43,848 bases of DNA, taken from Vermamoeba vermiformis (taxonomy: Eukaryota). This document shows, piece by piece, positions 21,360-33,800 of this stretch. The stretch is taken from assembly GCA_045837725.1 (NCBI GenBank), contig JBEWZL010000002.1, forward strand, positions 62,001 through 105,848, written 5' to 3'. The notes below the pieces were generated by a model that worked only from the letters and a program-made list of their open reading frames with translations, did no database searches and was not told where the DNA came from. The translations under genes and the position numbers were made by a program. Position 1 is the first letter of the stretch, and each line of letters begins with the position of its first letter.

Positions 21360-24300
21360 ATGGGAGATCGTGGACGAAAGAAGACAACCTATTCATTAGG
21401 AGAATATATTGGCCCAGATAAAAGTCCCAGCAGAAGACCGGGTGCGGAGGTATGCAAGTTCCACGCTGAAGGAGGTAAGATCTGTTGTACTTGGAATTAT
21501 TCCGCTTGAAAAATTCTAATTGGTTCACGAACGATAGGCTTCTGTAAATTCGGCAATAATTGTAGAAACTTGCATACGACGACGAACAACAAGCCCTCTG
21601 ACTCTTCGTCATGGCGTTCTGATAGCAGAAATTCGACGCCACGTGTCGAAGTTGAACCCGTCACCACTGAGGTTGTTCGTACGCGAGGCGTAGTGCAAGG
21701 AGTTAAAGGTGATTATGGATTTATCAAGCGGAGTGGTGCTTCAGCAAGCAGCACGACTAAGGCATTGATCTTCTATCACGTTAATGATGTCAACGGAGAC
21801 GTCGACTTGCGTGAAGGAGATGAGGTCGAGTTTGACTTGATATACAATCCGAGATACAAAAATGGATCCGAGCCGTGCGCTGCTAATGTGAAGTTGCTTG
21901 GCAGCGTGTCGTTCTTAGATACTAAGAAGAAGAAAGAAGGTAAGTTTCACACCCGAACCAATACTTTGTCCCTCGCATTTGCAAACATAATGTATCGAAC
22001 ATTAATATTAAACATATTTTATAGATGAAGAAGTCGTTGTCAATAAGGAGGAGAAGAAGGAGGCTGTTTCCTTCATGCCTGCTTGGATGAAGAACAAGTC
22101 GAACGCCAACACTCCGACGACTTCAGCGAACAACACACCACGCAGTGAAACTTCTCCACCAAAGGATAAGATGTTCTTGCCTGCGTGGAAAAAGAACAAG
22201 ACATTGAACCCCGGCTCGGCAGCCCAAACTCCGACCGGTTCCGCTCACAATTCTCCGAGAGTTGATGCTGCACCTGCGAACAAAAGCGAGAAACCTGGTT
22301 TTATGCCTGCGTGGATGAAAAACAAGAGCTTGAACCCTGGTTCTGGTGCGAGCACTCCCAATACTTCAGCGCACAACACGCCTCGTGAGAATACGGGCAA
22401 TCAAACTCCGACTGGTGGTAGTGGCATGAAGAAGTCGGCCACATTCGGAGGCACGGGCAGTCCTCAGTTGACAAGCAGAGGATCCAGCACAAACCTCAAT
22501 GAGGGCTCGTTCATTTCTGGCTCTGCTACTCCACGAAGAGCCACAGCACTACCACAAGATCCGTATGTCGAGCTTAGACGGTAAGTCACAACTCATTTTG
22601 TAGTATTCAAATACTAAGCCTTGAGCAGCGAACAAGGAGAGATCAAGTCTATGAAAGAGAACTTTGGCTTTATCAAGTACCATGCCAGCGACTCATTGTT
22701 CTTCCATATCCGTGATGTGGAGGGCGGTGCTCGACTTGAGCGTGGCGACAAAGTGGAGTTCTACGTCATTCCAGACCCCAAAAATCCAAAGGTACAATGA
22801 CATGTAGCATCTTTAGTTTGGCTAATACCTGTTTAGGAAATGATCGCGTGCAATGTTCGTGTCAGTGACAATATGACATCGTCGTTGTTGGATGGTGCTA
22901 ATGACGAAAGTAACGGCGGTGGAAAGAAAGAGAAGTTCCCGACAAAGCAAGCAATATTGCAATGGATTTCAAGCATTGCTCGCGACCCAATGAGCATTCT
23001 CTTGCGGCGTGAAGATCTGATCGAGATTGTTAACAAACCCGAGTTACCATTCACAGTCATCGAGCCCTTGGTTCTTGCGTTGAGCGACGAAGAGTTGCTG
23101 GACAGCTCTCGAACGGACAAGATTTACGCCGCTGTTGTCGAGTCCAGTTTCATGTCAAATCCGCGCAACTTGAAGTCTTACATTTTACGTCTCACGAACT
23201 CAACGGACCCTGCAAATGACGAGGTACATAAATAAATCAATGACACTAGCATATTCTAACTCTCAACAGATCCGTGGACTGAAGGCCGTCATCGAGTTGA
23301 TCGGAGAATTGGCCGATAGATTCCGAGAACTCTCAGCGCAACTTCCATTGGACACTCTCAAAGTAGCCGTCGATAAGGTCGAGAAGTTTTACCCTGCCGA
23401 TGTCTCAGATGCCCTCAAACGCCTGGTTCAACCTAAAAAGTCCGTCCTGCCGAAGAGTACTACTGGCAAGGCTGATGCAGAAGAGGTGGATTACCGCGAG
23501 TTGCCAATCTTTCCTACAGCCGAAGAGACCTCCATTGATGCCAATCAGACACGACAGACATTGCCGACGAACATAACTGTCGGAAAGTACAACAGCGCAC
23601 ACGACTATTTGAACACTCATTTCAGACTGTTACGCGAAGATTGTATCACATCGATTCGTGACGGCATCAAGTCCTTCAAGAACAATAAGAATGTGTAAGT
23701 ACATCTGTGGTATGTGTTATAGTACGGAGCTAATTGTCTATGTAGCCCTGGCGTGCAAATCTACCGAAATGTGAAACTGCGTGGTTTGCAGACATCGAAC
23801 ATTGGTGTCATTTATCGTATCTCGTTTGAGATCGATGCCAACATTGCTTGGGAGCGTAGCAAACGGTACGACAATGCTTAATATCATATTATATTGCTGT
23901 TACTAATAGTTGGTGTAGGCTAATGTATGGCTCATTGCTCTGCTTGTCTCACGATGGCTTCAAGACTTTGTTGTGGGCGACAGTAGCCAACAGAGACTTG
24001 AGTCTGTTGGTCTCAAAGAAACAAATCGACATTCGGTTCCCGAGCGGCTTCGAGGCTGATTTCAAGCTGGATCGAACTTACACGATGGTCGAGTCCGTGT
24101 CAACTTACTATGAGGCTTACCAGCACGTCTTGGCTGCCATTCAACGGTTAGATCCGGAGACACTTCCGTTCAAAGATTACATCATCCAATGCAAGAAAGA
24201 TGTCGCGTAAGTATTGCATCAACTGAGGGTATACGTGTAGCTAACTGTAATATCTTAGACCGCCCGCGTACTTGAAGTCAGGTAGTAACGATACATACTG

Positions 24301-27300
24301 CTTTGACAACGTGTTCGAAGACGGTGAGAGAAATTTCCCAATCTTGAGCAAGTGGCCTTCACTCGATCAAATCAAAACTTCAATGGACGAGTCGCAGATG
24401 AACTCGCTCAAGCAAGCCTTGACGAAGGAGTTCGCGATCGTGCAAGGCCCTCCTGGAACGGGCAAGGTAAGACTAAAACATAAATACACGAGCCCTTGGA
24501 AACTAATGCTTTTGCAGACCTTTGTCGGGTTGAAAGTCATGCGTGCTTTGTTGGACAATTCATCACTTAGAACGGTCACGACAAAGAAGCCAATCTTAGT
24601 TGTTTGTTACACGAACCACGCCCTCGATCAGTTCTTAGAAGGTGTGCTGCGCTTCGAAGAGAAGATCGTTCGGTAAGTATACCACGATCTCTATAGCCCT
24701 GGGATGTTCATTAACATTTGTTTATAGTATCGGAAGTCGGTCTCGTAGCGAGGCGTTGAAAGACAAGAACATCAGAAAGTTGATGTACCAATCACAAAAC
24801 ACGAGCAAAGAGCATCAAAAGGCACGCAAGCTCTTGATTCAAAAGTTAAAGGCGTCGCAAGAACAAGCAGCCCAGTGCTTCGAAGACTTGAACAAGAAAG
24901 AGCTCACAAAAGAAGAGTTGTTGAACTTGTACAAGCCTAATGAGGCCATGACTTGGGAGCAACAGATGGACGATCAAGTACGCAGTTTCACGTTGACAAT
25001 CGAGCACTGTAAACTAACTACATAATATCTTAGGTTAAGGGCAGTGAAGAGCTCGTCATGAGTTTGTACAACAATCAACCGGACAACAATTTGTTCATCC
25101 TTGAAAGCTGGCTTGGTTGCAAGCTGAACGAAGCTTTGTTTGCTAAACCTGCAGCTAATAACGCAGCTAGTGGCTCGTCGAATTATGTCGTGAGAAAGTT
25201 CGCCACATCGGAAGACGAGGACAACGCTAACGGTGAAGGAATTGACGAGCTGGACGACGAAATGATCGAGAAGATGCAAATGGAGCGTATGGTCGGCGAA
25301 GAGGACGACGAGAAGGACAACTCACGTACGTTATAACATTAGCACGTGCCGAAATATATAGATGCTAATTATAGCTCCAACAGGTGTTCTCGAGCTTGAC
25401 ACATCTTCATTTGAACTCGAGATGCCATCTGAAAGTACATTCGAGGCTACTGATGCTTGGTCTATTCGCGACAGAAAAGAGCGCATCAAATTGTACAAGT
25501 ACTGGTTGCACCGTTACAGAAAGTACGAAGTTGAGGCCTACTTGGAAGAGCTTTGTGCGGACTACGAGAAGCTGTGCAGTGAAAAGAAAGTCTTAGACGA
25601 GGAGTTGCAAGTTCAAGTCCTGAACGAGGCTGCAGTGATTGGCATGACCACCACTGGTGTTGCCAAGTTCCAGCGTCTGATCCACGCGGTCCAGCCCGAG
25701 ATTGTGATTGTCGAAGAAGCAGCTGAAGTGCTCGAAGCACATATCGTTACTGCATTGAGTGCAGCAACTAAGCACGTGATCTTAATCGGAGATCATCAAC
25801 AACTTCGACCTGGCACTTGTAAGTCAAATTATTTCCTATTATGGACATGTTCGACCGAGACACTAATGTCGTTTGTTAATGCTAGCCGAGTATACATTAG
25901 CCGTAAAGTACCACTTGGATGTGTCTTTATTCGAGCGCATGGTCTTGAACGGAATGGAGCACATGACATTGTTGCGACAACGCCGCATGAGACCTGCGAT
26001 CTCGAACTTGTTGGTGCCGATCTATCCAAACTTATACAATCATCCTGACGTTGAGAGATACCCTAATGTCAAGGGTGTCTCGAGCAACTTGTTCTTTATC
26101 GATCATCAAGTAGAGGAGACACAAGTAAGTACCCCAAAGTCACATGGATCCAGAAATTTCACGAAAGTTCCAAGCATTTTCGAGAACTCTTTTTTTTTTA
26201 CCACAATCAGTTCTGCACGATCGGGGCGCATACAATTAGCTTCACACGAACTGTTGTTATGTTTGAGAGTGCTAAAGTAATTGTGCTTCATCGTTTTTTT
26301 TCAAGCTTGCTTGCGGAACTGTAATAATACCTATTATATACTTCGTTGTTTGATATGTAGTGCTGCTAGCGGCACTGCATATCATGATTCAGAATGCACG
26401 TTACGCAATCACTTTCTTTTACTTTTTTTGATCTCGATCGGATTCTGAAGAGAATTACGTTTATTGGATCTGACGCTAATACTGCTTATTTTTATAGGAG
26501 GATGAAAGCTTGAGCAAGTCTAATCGCCACGAGGCTACCTTTGTAGCAAAATTGGCTTCATATTTGATGTTGCAAGGCTACGAGGCGAGTCAAATCACGG
26601 TCTTGACAGCGTACTCGGGTCAAGTCAAATTGCTGCGCAATGAGTTCAGAGTGTTGGGCATTAACTCCATTTACATCACTTCCGTCGATAACTTCCAGGT
26701 AAGTCACGCTTTATAGGTACTTTTGTTGAGGTCTTCGTGAGTGACATAATTTTGTCTTAGGGAGAAGAAAATGATATCATTATCTTGTCGTTAGTGCGAA
26801 GTAACAGCAAGGGTATCATTGGTTTCTTAAACACGAGCAACAGAATTTGCGTCGCGTTGTCACGGTAAGATATAATTTTACATTTTGACACGGAATTTTT
26901 TTTGACTAACATGTCTCACAGTGCTAAAATTGGCATGTATATTACTGGTAATGGCCAATTATTGTCCAAGAACAAAGTGTGGCATCAAGTCCTCGATCGG
27001 TTGAAGGAGGCCAAGAGTTTCGGCAGTGACCTCGTGTTGCAGTGTCAAAATCATCCTGAGAAGATGACACGTGTCAACAAAGACGCTGACTTTAAGGTAC
27101 ACTATACAGTACTACTCGCTTACGTGAGATAATAACGCTGGTTTAGATGGTTGAAGATGGTGGCTGCGATAAAATTTGTCCTGAAGTGCTGGAGTGCGGT
27201 CATCCTTGTCCTAGTAAGTTGAACCACGGCAACATCAATGCCGTCATTTACTAATGTACTCAATATCAGGACGGTGCCATCCATACTCCCATTCAGAAAT

Positions 27301-27708
27301 TATGTGTTACCAGCCTTGCACAGTCGTGCATCCGTGCGGTCATAGTTGCAGACGTCGATGTTTCGAGGTACATTTTACGCTTCAAAAGCTCCGTTCATGA
27401 ACGAGATATTAACCCACGTGTTGTAGGAGTGTGGCGCATGTGACATGCCAATTACACGCAAGTTGGTCAAGTGTGGTCACACGCAACAAGTGCCGTGTTA
27501 CATGCCCGAAGAAGAGTTCTGTTGCAAAGCCGCGTGTGAGAACAAATTGCCGTGCGGTCACAGATGTCCCAAGTACTGCGGTGAGATTTGTCCCAAGACC
27601 TGTCACGAGTACGTGCAACACTTACTACCGTGTGGCCATCACGTGACATTGGAGTGCGGTCAGGATGTGAGTGTTGTCAAGTGTTCGAGACCACATCCCA
27701 CCAAGTAA
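21360..27708 (+). CDS. ZNFX1: ZNFX1-family (UPF1-like SF1) RNA helicase with C-terminal NF-X1 zinc fingers and N-terminal CCCH + two cold-shock domains
   Basis: [117 protein letters not shown], then repeated LxCGHxC NF-X1-type fingers; stop at 27706-27708. Confidence 0.93.
22072..22390 (+). repeat. Three imperfect 34-43 aa coding repeats F(M/L)PAW(M/K)KNK...TP..SA(H/N)N(T/S)PR
   Basis: [24 protein letters not shown] / [29 protein letters not shown] / [29 protein letters not shown] in ORF 22075-22584. Confidence 0.9.
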
Positions 27709-27816
27709 CTCACACGCATTGCGTTGCAAATATTATTTGTAGATAAATGATCGTTTGTATTTATTAATCAATAGTAGTCCTATGCATCCGAAGTACTTCA
27801 AAGTAATTTTAAAAGT

Positions 27817-28291
27817 TTATTTATTTCTGTTGGCCAAGAATCTTCGCAAGTAGAAATTTATCTCCTTACGTAACACATACCAAAGGAATGCGGTGATAGG
27901 CACTAGGACTTAATATGCCAGGCAAGGATTTAAAGTACGGCCAACCATAGGTGATAGATCCGAACAGAGTGCACCACACAGAGGCGAGCATGTAAGCTGG
28001 TAGGCCAATAATGCCCCAAATTCGACCTGAAATTATGTTAAATTGGCTTTATTCATACGGTTAATCGTGACACATCAAGACAAATTTATTAATTTTGAAT
28101 AATTGACATTATTTCAGAATAATCAGACTGAAAACTAAGATTATTTGTAGTACTGTATGCTTACCATAATATCTATCTGATGAATAAGAATTGTTGTTAC
28201 GCCACACCAAAGTTTTGATCACACTAAACAGCAGTGCTCCGCCAGCGACCCAATGAGGCAGCATAAATCCCCAGTGGACTTTTGTATCCAT
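27817..28291 (-). pseudogene. Small membrane protein, tandem paralogue of 28516-29104, with a 1-nt frameshift (pseudogene or assembly error)
   Basis: Two exons MDTKVHWGFMLPHWVAGGALL.../RIWGIIGLPAYMLASVWCTLFGSITYGWPYFKSLPGIL. Removing one base at 27910-27911 restores VLVPITAFLWYVLRKEINFYLRRFLANRNK*, collinear with the paralogue. Confidence 0.7.
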
Positions 28292-28515
28292 TGATGCGTA
28301 TTAGGTTCAGATTAAGCAACTGCTCGCAGTTTCTGAATCGTTGCAATAAAAAGTAACGGATGGGACGCAAAAGACCATATTAGGAGCGTCTTGCTAAACG
28401 CTCGATTTTGGGTGAAATTGGTAGATTATATTCCGAGCTCCTGATAGGCTAGAATAAACGTTATTTTATTTAAACATTGCTTGTAAAGGAAGTTGACGTA
28501 ACGGCTGATTAATGC

Positions 28516-29104
28516 TTATTGCTCTTTAGCCGGCGGATTTTTCTTGCCGAGAATTCGTTTAAAAAATTTAATAATTTCGTGATGGAATATTAACAAAGCT
28601 ACGGCACTGAATGAAGCAGTGGTTAAGATGCCAGGCAAGGTTTTGAAGTACGATAAGCCATAGAATATTGTTCCGAAGATAGTAGTCCATACGTTGACTA
28701 GTGTATATGATGGTAAGGCACCCATTACCCAAAACCGAACTGAAGAGTCGTTAGAAAAGTGGACAGATCCAATTAAAGTAATTTTTTATCAAAATTGCAC
28801 CAGTTCCGAGGATAGATGGAAATTTAAATTTTATTAATTATTGTGATAATTAATTTCATATTTATTTTTTTTGGCAATTGTGGAGAGCGAGAAACGGATT
28901 CAATATTTTTCAAAAATCAAGACTAATTGCTGTTTTTACTTTGCATTGCGCGTATTAACTCTTACTGTTATATCTATCTTGTTCATTTGGATTCAACTCT
29001 GGATCTTCCTTCCAGAAAAATGTTGATCGAAACAAACTTAGTACTAAACCTCCTCCAACGGCCAAATGAGGCGACATTAAACCCCAATAGATTATTGAGT
29101 TCAT
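28516..29104 (-). CDS. Small hypothetical membrane protein (two exons, ~120 aa, about three TM segments)
   Basis: Exon 1 MNSIIYWGLMSPHLAVGGGLVLSLFRSTFFW...DRYN, a phase-1 GT-AG intron, then exon 2 RFWVMGALPSYTLVNVWTTIFGTIFYGLSYFKTLPGIL...KEQ*. Confidence 0.75.
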
Positions 29105-29187
29105 TAGTGGTGTTTTACACAACTTTGGAATTAAATTTGCTCTTTCGTTAGCTGCAAAATTTTTTCGTTTTTTCCTCCGGTGAGAAT

Positions 29188-30077
29188 ATGAGACGCTCCT
29201 TATTAACTGCGCTACGTCATTAGTACCTCAAGTCCGTACTTCCGCACCAATATACGTTGCACTACTCAGAATATTGCGCTGTTGGAGTAACAATGGATTC
29301 GTTATGGAACATTTGCAAACAATTGCAGTTACCTTAACGTCATTTGCGCAACAACTGGACGAACAACAAGTAGCTAGGAGCAGAATGTAGGTTTATTTCG
29401 ATAGGACTTGGTGCCCCTTCTTAATTGGCATTATTAATGGCTTAAATTTAGTCAGAGACGCTAGACTTTCGCCATTCATTTCGGAGGTTCAAAGAACAGT
29501 TGATTTGTGGTCTTTGCAGGATTCGAGCAAATTCGACAATAACCTGCTAATACCGCCTTTGAAGAAATTGCAACAAAAAATTGCAGCCGAGTTACCCTAC
29601 GACCCATCTAAAATGGCCTACTCAGCGTACTTAATCAAGTCTGCCGTCTCATTAGCCGTCGTATACGCGCAGTATTGGCTTGGTAACGAGTTGCAGTTTT
29701 GATTATTTTTAATACTGTGCAGGCTCTATTATTATTCCCGGCAATGTTCTTACCCAGCTGGACTTCAGTGTAAGGACCTGTCTGGAGCTAGTGAAGCAGA
29801 ACAAAGCTGGTAGCGTGGATGAGCCACAAGTCATATTGAAGCGAATTCGAGACACACTGGACGAGTACAAACAGATTGTAACCCAATAACAAGGACGCCA
29901 CTTATATCAACTAATAAAACAAGCCTTGTTATCCGGATGACTGTTGTAAATGCGCAATATTGACAAAGTTAGCCTGGCAATGTTGGTTTTCTAATTAGGC
30001 GTAGATCTTATCGGAAATTTCTCTGCTGCCAAAAAGAAGCACAAGTTCTTCTGCGGTAGTCGCTATAATATTACAAT
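29188..30077 (+). pseudogene. Disrupted coding exons upstream of the TMEM14-like domain (possible broken N-terminal extension)
   Basis: GT-AG-bounded, protein-like exons (e.g. ORF 29505-29702 and GSIIIPGNVLTQLD...). The ATG at 29188 hits TAG after 11 codons, and the frame reading into ATG 30078 is closed by a TAA just upstream. Confidence 0.4.
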
Positions 30078-30725
30078 ATGGATACAATCAAAGCGAGTAT
30101 TGATACTGAAAAGTATCGGGAATACACAAGCGAGACAGGGATCGAGTTAGCTCACGCCATGTCCGCAGTTAGTGGCTTATTGGCAGCAACATCTTTAGTA
30201 ATGTCATTTAGGAGTGGTGTCGGATCTACGATGCCTAGTGTATTAGCCGGTAAGCTAGCGGATCTACAGGATAAAATGTCATCTGAGTTTATCACCCAAA
30301 AAGTTCATTAAAAGTAATTATAATATTTTCTAGGAGCTGGATTTGCTGCAGGCTTTTATCACTCAGCGTAAGAAATCGATTAGGATTTTTTCTACGTTTT
30401 TTATTAATTTATTAAATAATAAAGCGAGCGGATGCAAGCAGAGCGAACAAGTGGACCTTATTTAGCATCAGGTAAGTGAACTGTAAATACTTATACATTA
30501 ATAATATCGTAATATTAATTTGCTGCAGTTTTATCGGGTCTATTTTCAATCAACTTTTTTACACGGTACTTGGAGATGCACAGAACGCGAGCTAAATATG
30601 TTCCGCTCGGTTTGACCATTTTAGGATTGGCTTCTGGAACTTATTTCTTAAAGAGCGGATTATACAAAGGCAAGACAATATTGTACCAGCCTTTCCTTGG
30701 CAAGAACTTGAACGAAATCAAATAA
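30078..30725 (+). CDS. TMEM14/FAX-family small membrane protein domain
   Basis: Four exons splice to ...AHAMSAVSGLLAATSLVMSFRSGVGSTMPSVLAGAGFAAGFYHSAERMQAERTSGPYLASVLSGLFSINFFTRYLEMHRTRAKYVPLGLTILGLASGTYF..., matching the recalled TMEM14 pattern (GSxPS..G..F, R....K.VP..LT.LG). Confidence 0.6.
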
Positions 30726-30838
30726 ATTTGTAAATAGCGGATAATAGTATACAATAATATAGTGCGTTGTAATCACATCATTTGGTTTATTTACAAGTTA
30801 TTGGATCTGTTCCAGATTTGCGCGATCTGAATCTATTT

Positions 30839-33800
30839 TTATTTCCTCCGCTCTCTGCTTTCAGCAAATGTATAGCCCATAAACTCATCAGCGTTATAAT
30901 TAGATACTACAATAGTATCATTGATTTCAGGGACTGGTGTAGGTGCCTAAACAAGAAAATTTTTGGTGATTAGTTTATGGCTGTCGGATGTACTTTTCAA
31001 AATAATCTTACCCGGACTTTAGCATTAAAAGATGGCTTATATGGACCTTGCAATTGTTTTTTCTCAATTTTTTGCCAATCAACACCCTTGAAGAACGGAT
31101 GTGACTTGATCTTTTCAAAATCGATCATACGATGTACCAAGTCCTTAGTCAACAACTATACATATAATATTAGTTAATTTATACTTTTAGTATGGATTAG
31201 TATAGCTTACAGAGAATAAGAGGTCCTTGGCTTCAATCGACAAGTCATCGGGCAACTTGACCTCTTCAGACAACACATTCTGCACTGTTTGACTCAATTT
31301 TGACGCCGCAAATGGCGACTATAATAATGGGTCTCGGTTAGTATACGAACATTAATGGTTAAGATATGTAGAAGAGTATACAGACGGAGGAATAATATTT
31401 GCAAGTTGGGGTTTCCAAATAAGGAAATACTTACTTTTCCAGCCAACGTTAAATACATGAGCACGCCAAAACTCCACCAATCAGATTCTTTGCCAATATC
31501 AATGCGCCCTTCAAGAATTTCAGGTGGTAAGTACTGCGCGTATTGTTCGAACGAGATCGGGGCTGACGGTGATAACGGCAATATCAAATGAATATGACCT
31601 TCTTTATCCACTAACACCTTGGTTGGGCGAAGATTTCTAGCGGTAATTAAAGATATTAATATCGTATATTAGGCGCTGTTAAATTTTTTTTTGTAATTAC
31701 CCTTGAAAAGCAAGATTATTCTTGTGCAAGTGTTGAATTGCCAGTGCCATTTCAGCAGCCCAAAATCGCACTGTTTGTTCGTCGAATTTACACCGTTCAT
31801 GAATACGACTCTGCATTACAATTAATTTAACGTGAATAAGGTTGATAGGATCGTCATGTCCACTTACGACTAGGCACTGATCCAAGTTCTTGGATTCAAC
31901 AAATTCCGATAAAAAGTAGTGGTATTTGTCATTCGTGAAATAATCTTCGCGTGGAATGATGAACGGATGGTGCGGCAGTTCTTGGAATACTTTGCTCTCC
32001 GTCTCTTTCAAAAATCCACTGCCTTTCATTGAACGAGGGACTATCTTAAGCGCAAACTGTTTTCTAATGTCTTTTTTCTTGACACGTGCCACCTAAACAG
32101 ACTGGTCAGATCTGGATCCAGATCGAAGGCTGGTACTTACCATTGACGAGCCTTCAGTTTCTAACATTTCAACGAGATCATAGTCAATAGGAATAGTAGA
32201 ATCTAGCTTCGAGAACCCTCGTTGCAACAGCGAGTTCAAACTGAAAGATCCGCTCTCGTTCATGCCATTTCTGCTGTGATTGCTCGCGTCGCTATCTTCT
32301 CGTTTCAAACTGTTATTAGAAGACGAGCTCGTATTCATAATGTTGAAAATAGACATCGGCTTCTCTTCCTTCCTTTCGTACGGATGAAAGTCACTCATGT
32401 TCATATTGAACTTCAAGTTCGTGAACGAGCCGGATCTGGAGGGAGGCATTGGGAACGATGGAACTGTCTTAGTAAACTCTTGTTGGGTCTTCTCTACGGC
32501 ACTCCATAGTCTATTAAACAAGTCCTTTTGACTACCGGTCGGTGGACTGTTTGCTGAAAATGAGTCTTCTTCGATGAGCGGTCGCATTTCCTTCAAGGTC
32601 AAGTAGATCTGGTCATTAATTTCGACATTGTCAAGTGACACGAGATCTTGTAACAATTGCAATGGAGCGTACTTGGGGTCTATAGTATACAGTCAATATG
32701 ATATATCATTTAAGCAAATATGACCGGAGCTTACGTTTGAAGAAGAGTGTCTGGAACGTTGTTAAAAATAGCTTGACTTCGAGCACCAAGAAGCTATCGA
32801 GTAACGGCACTGGTTCATCTTCCTCGTCTTCATCCAGTAGTAAACCGCCACTGCCCGTCTTCGAATTTGATTTCTTGAAAATGACCTCGGAATAAATGTT
32901 CGGATCCGTGTCACTCAAACTTTCAGCTGACGCTGTAGACTCTTCATCATCGTCATCTCCATCTTTGCTAGCATTCATTTCCGGTTGACTGAGCAAGTTG
33001 TTGCTGATATCGATCTCGAAGGTCTTTTCAACGGTGTCCATGAACTGCAGGACTTTGACCCAATTCTGCAACGCTTGTTTGTTCTCGGGGTTAATCTGAA
33101 GCACGTGATTGTACTTTCGGGCGGAGTTTGACAGCAATGTATTCACTTCTGACTTTGACACGCGCGGTGTTGAGCTATTTTCGTCACGTGATTTGTTCTG
33201 TTGAATTTTCATTTCAGCTTGGCGATAATAACTGTTGCCCCAGTTGAAAAATACTTCAGCAGATTGCGCTAATGAAAAAACTCGTTATTTTAGCACATAT
33301 TACTAGCAATTAGACTATAACATACGTTTTTGTGTGGCTGCCAGTTGGAACTTCTGAAAGGCGAGTGCAAATGTGGCATCGACTTGGGCGTAATAATCGG
33401 ACAGAGTGTTCGGCAAGACACGTGCTTTTTTCGACAGAACCGAGGCCCAGTTCAATAAGACATCAGGTGAATTTGAGCTCAATGTATATGCTTGCTCAAA
33501 TTTTTCACAGGCCTCGTTGTACAGCCCCAAGAATATTTCTTTTTCACCGGCCTCGCTCGTGATATTATCTAACGAACAGTTAAAATAAATAAAAACTGAC
33601 TAAGAACAGATAGCTGTGATTTCATTGTAAACTTACTGTCACTTGATTGCAAGTTAAAATCGTCTGACGGCGGGTTACCATTGACTTGCGTGTTATTGTT
33701 ATTGTTTGGCTTGTGACTGTTCCTCAGTGGCTTCCAGTTCTTGAATTTCGCTAACAAGTTTGGTCGTTCTAACAACGCAATGCCCCAATGGTACAATACT

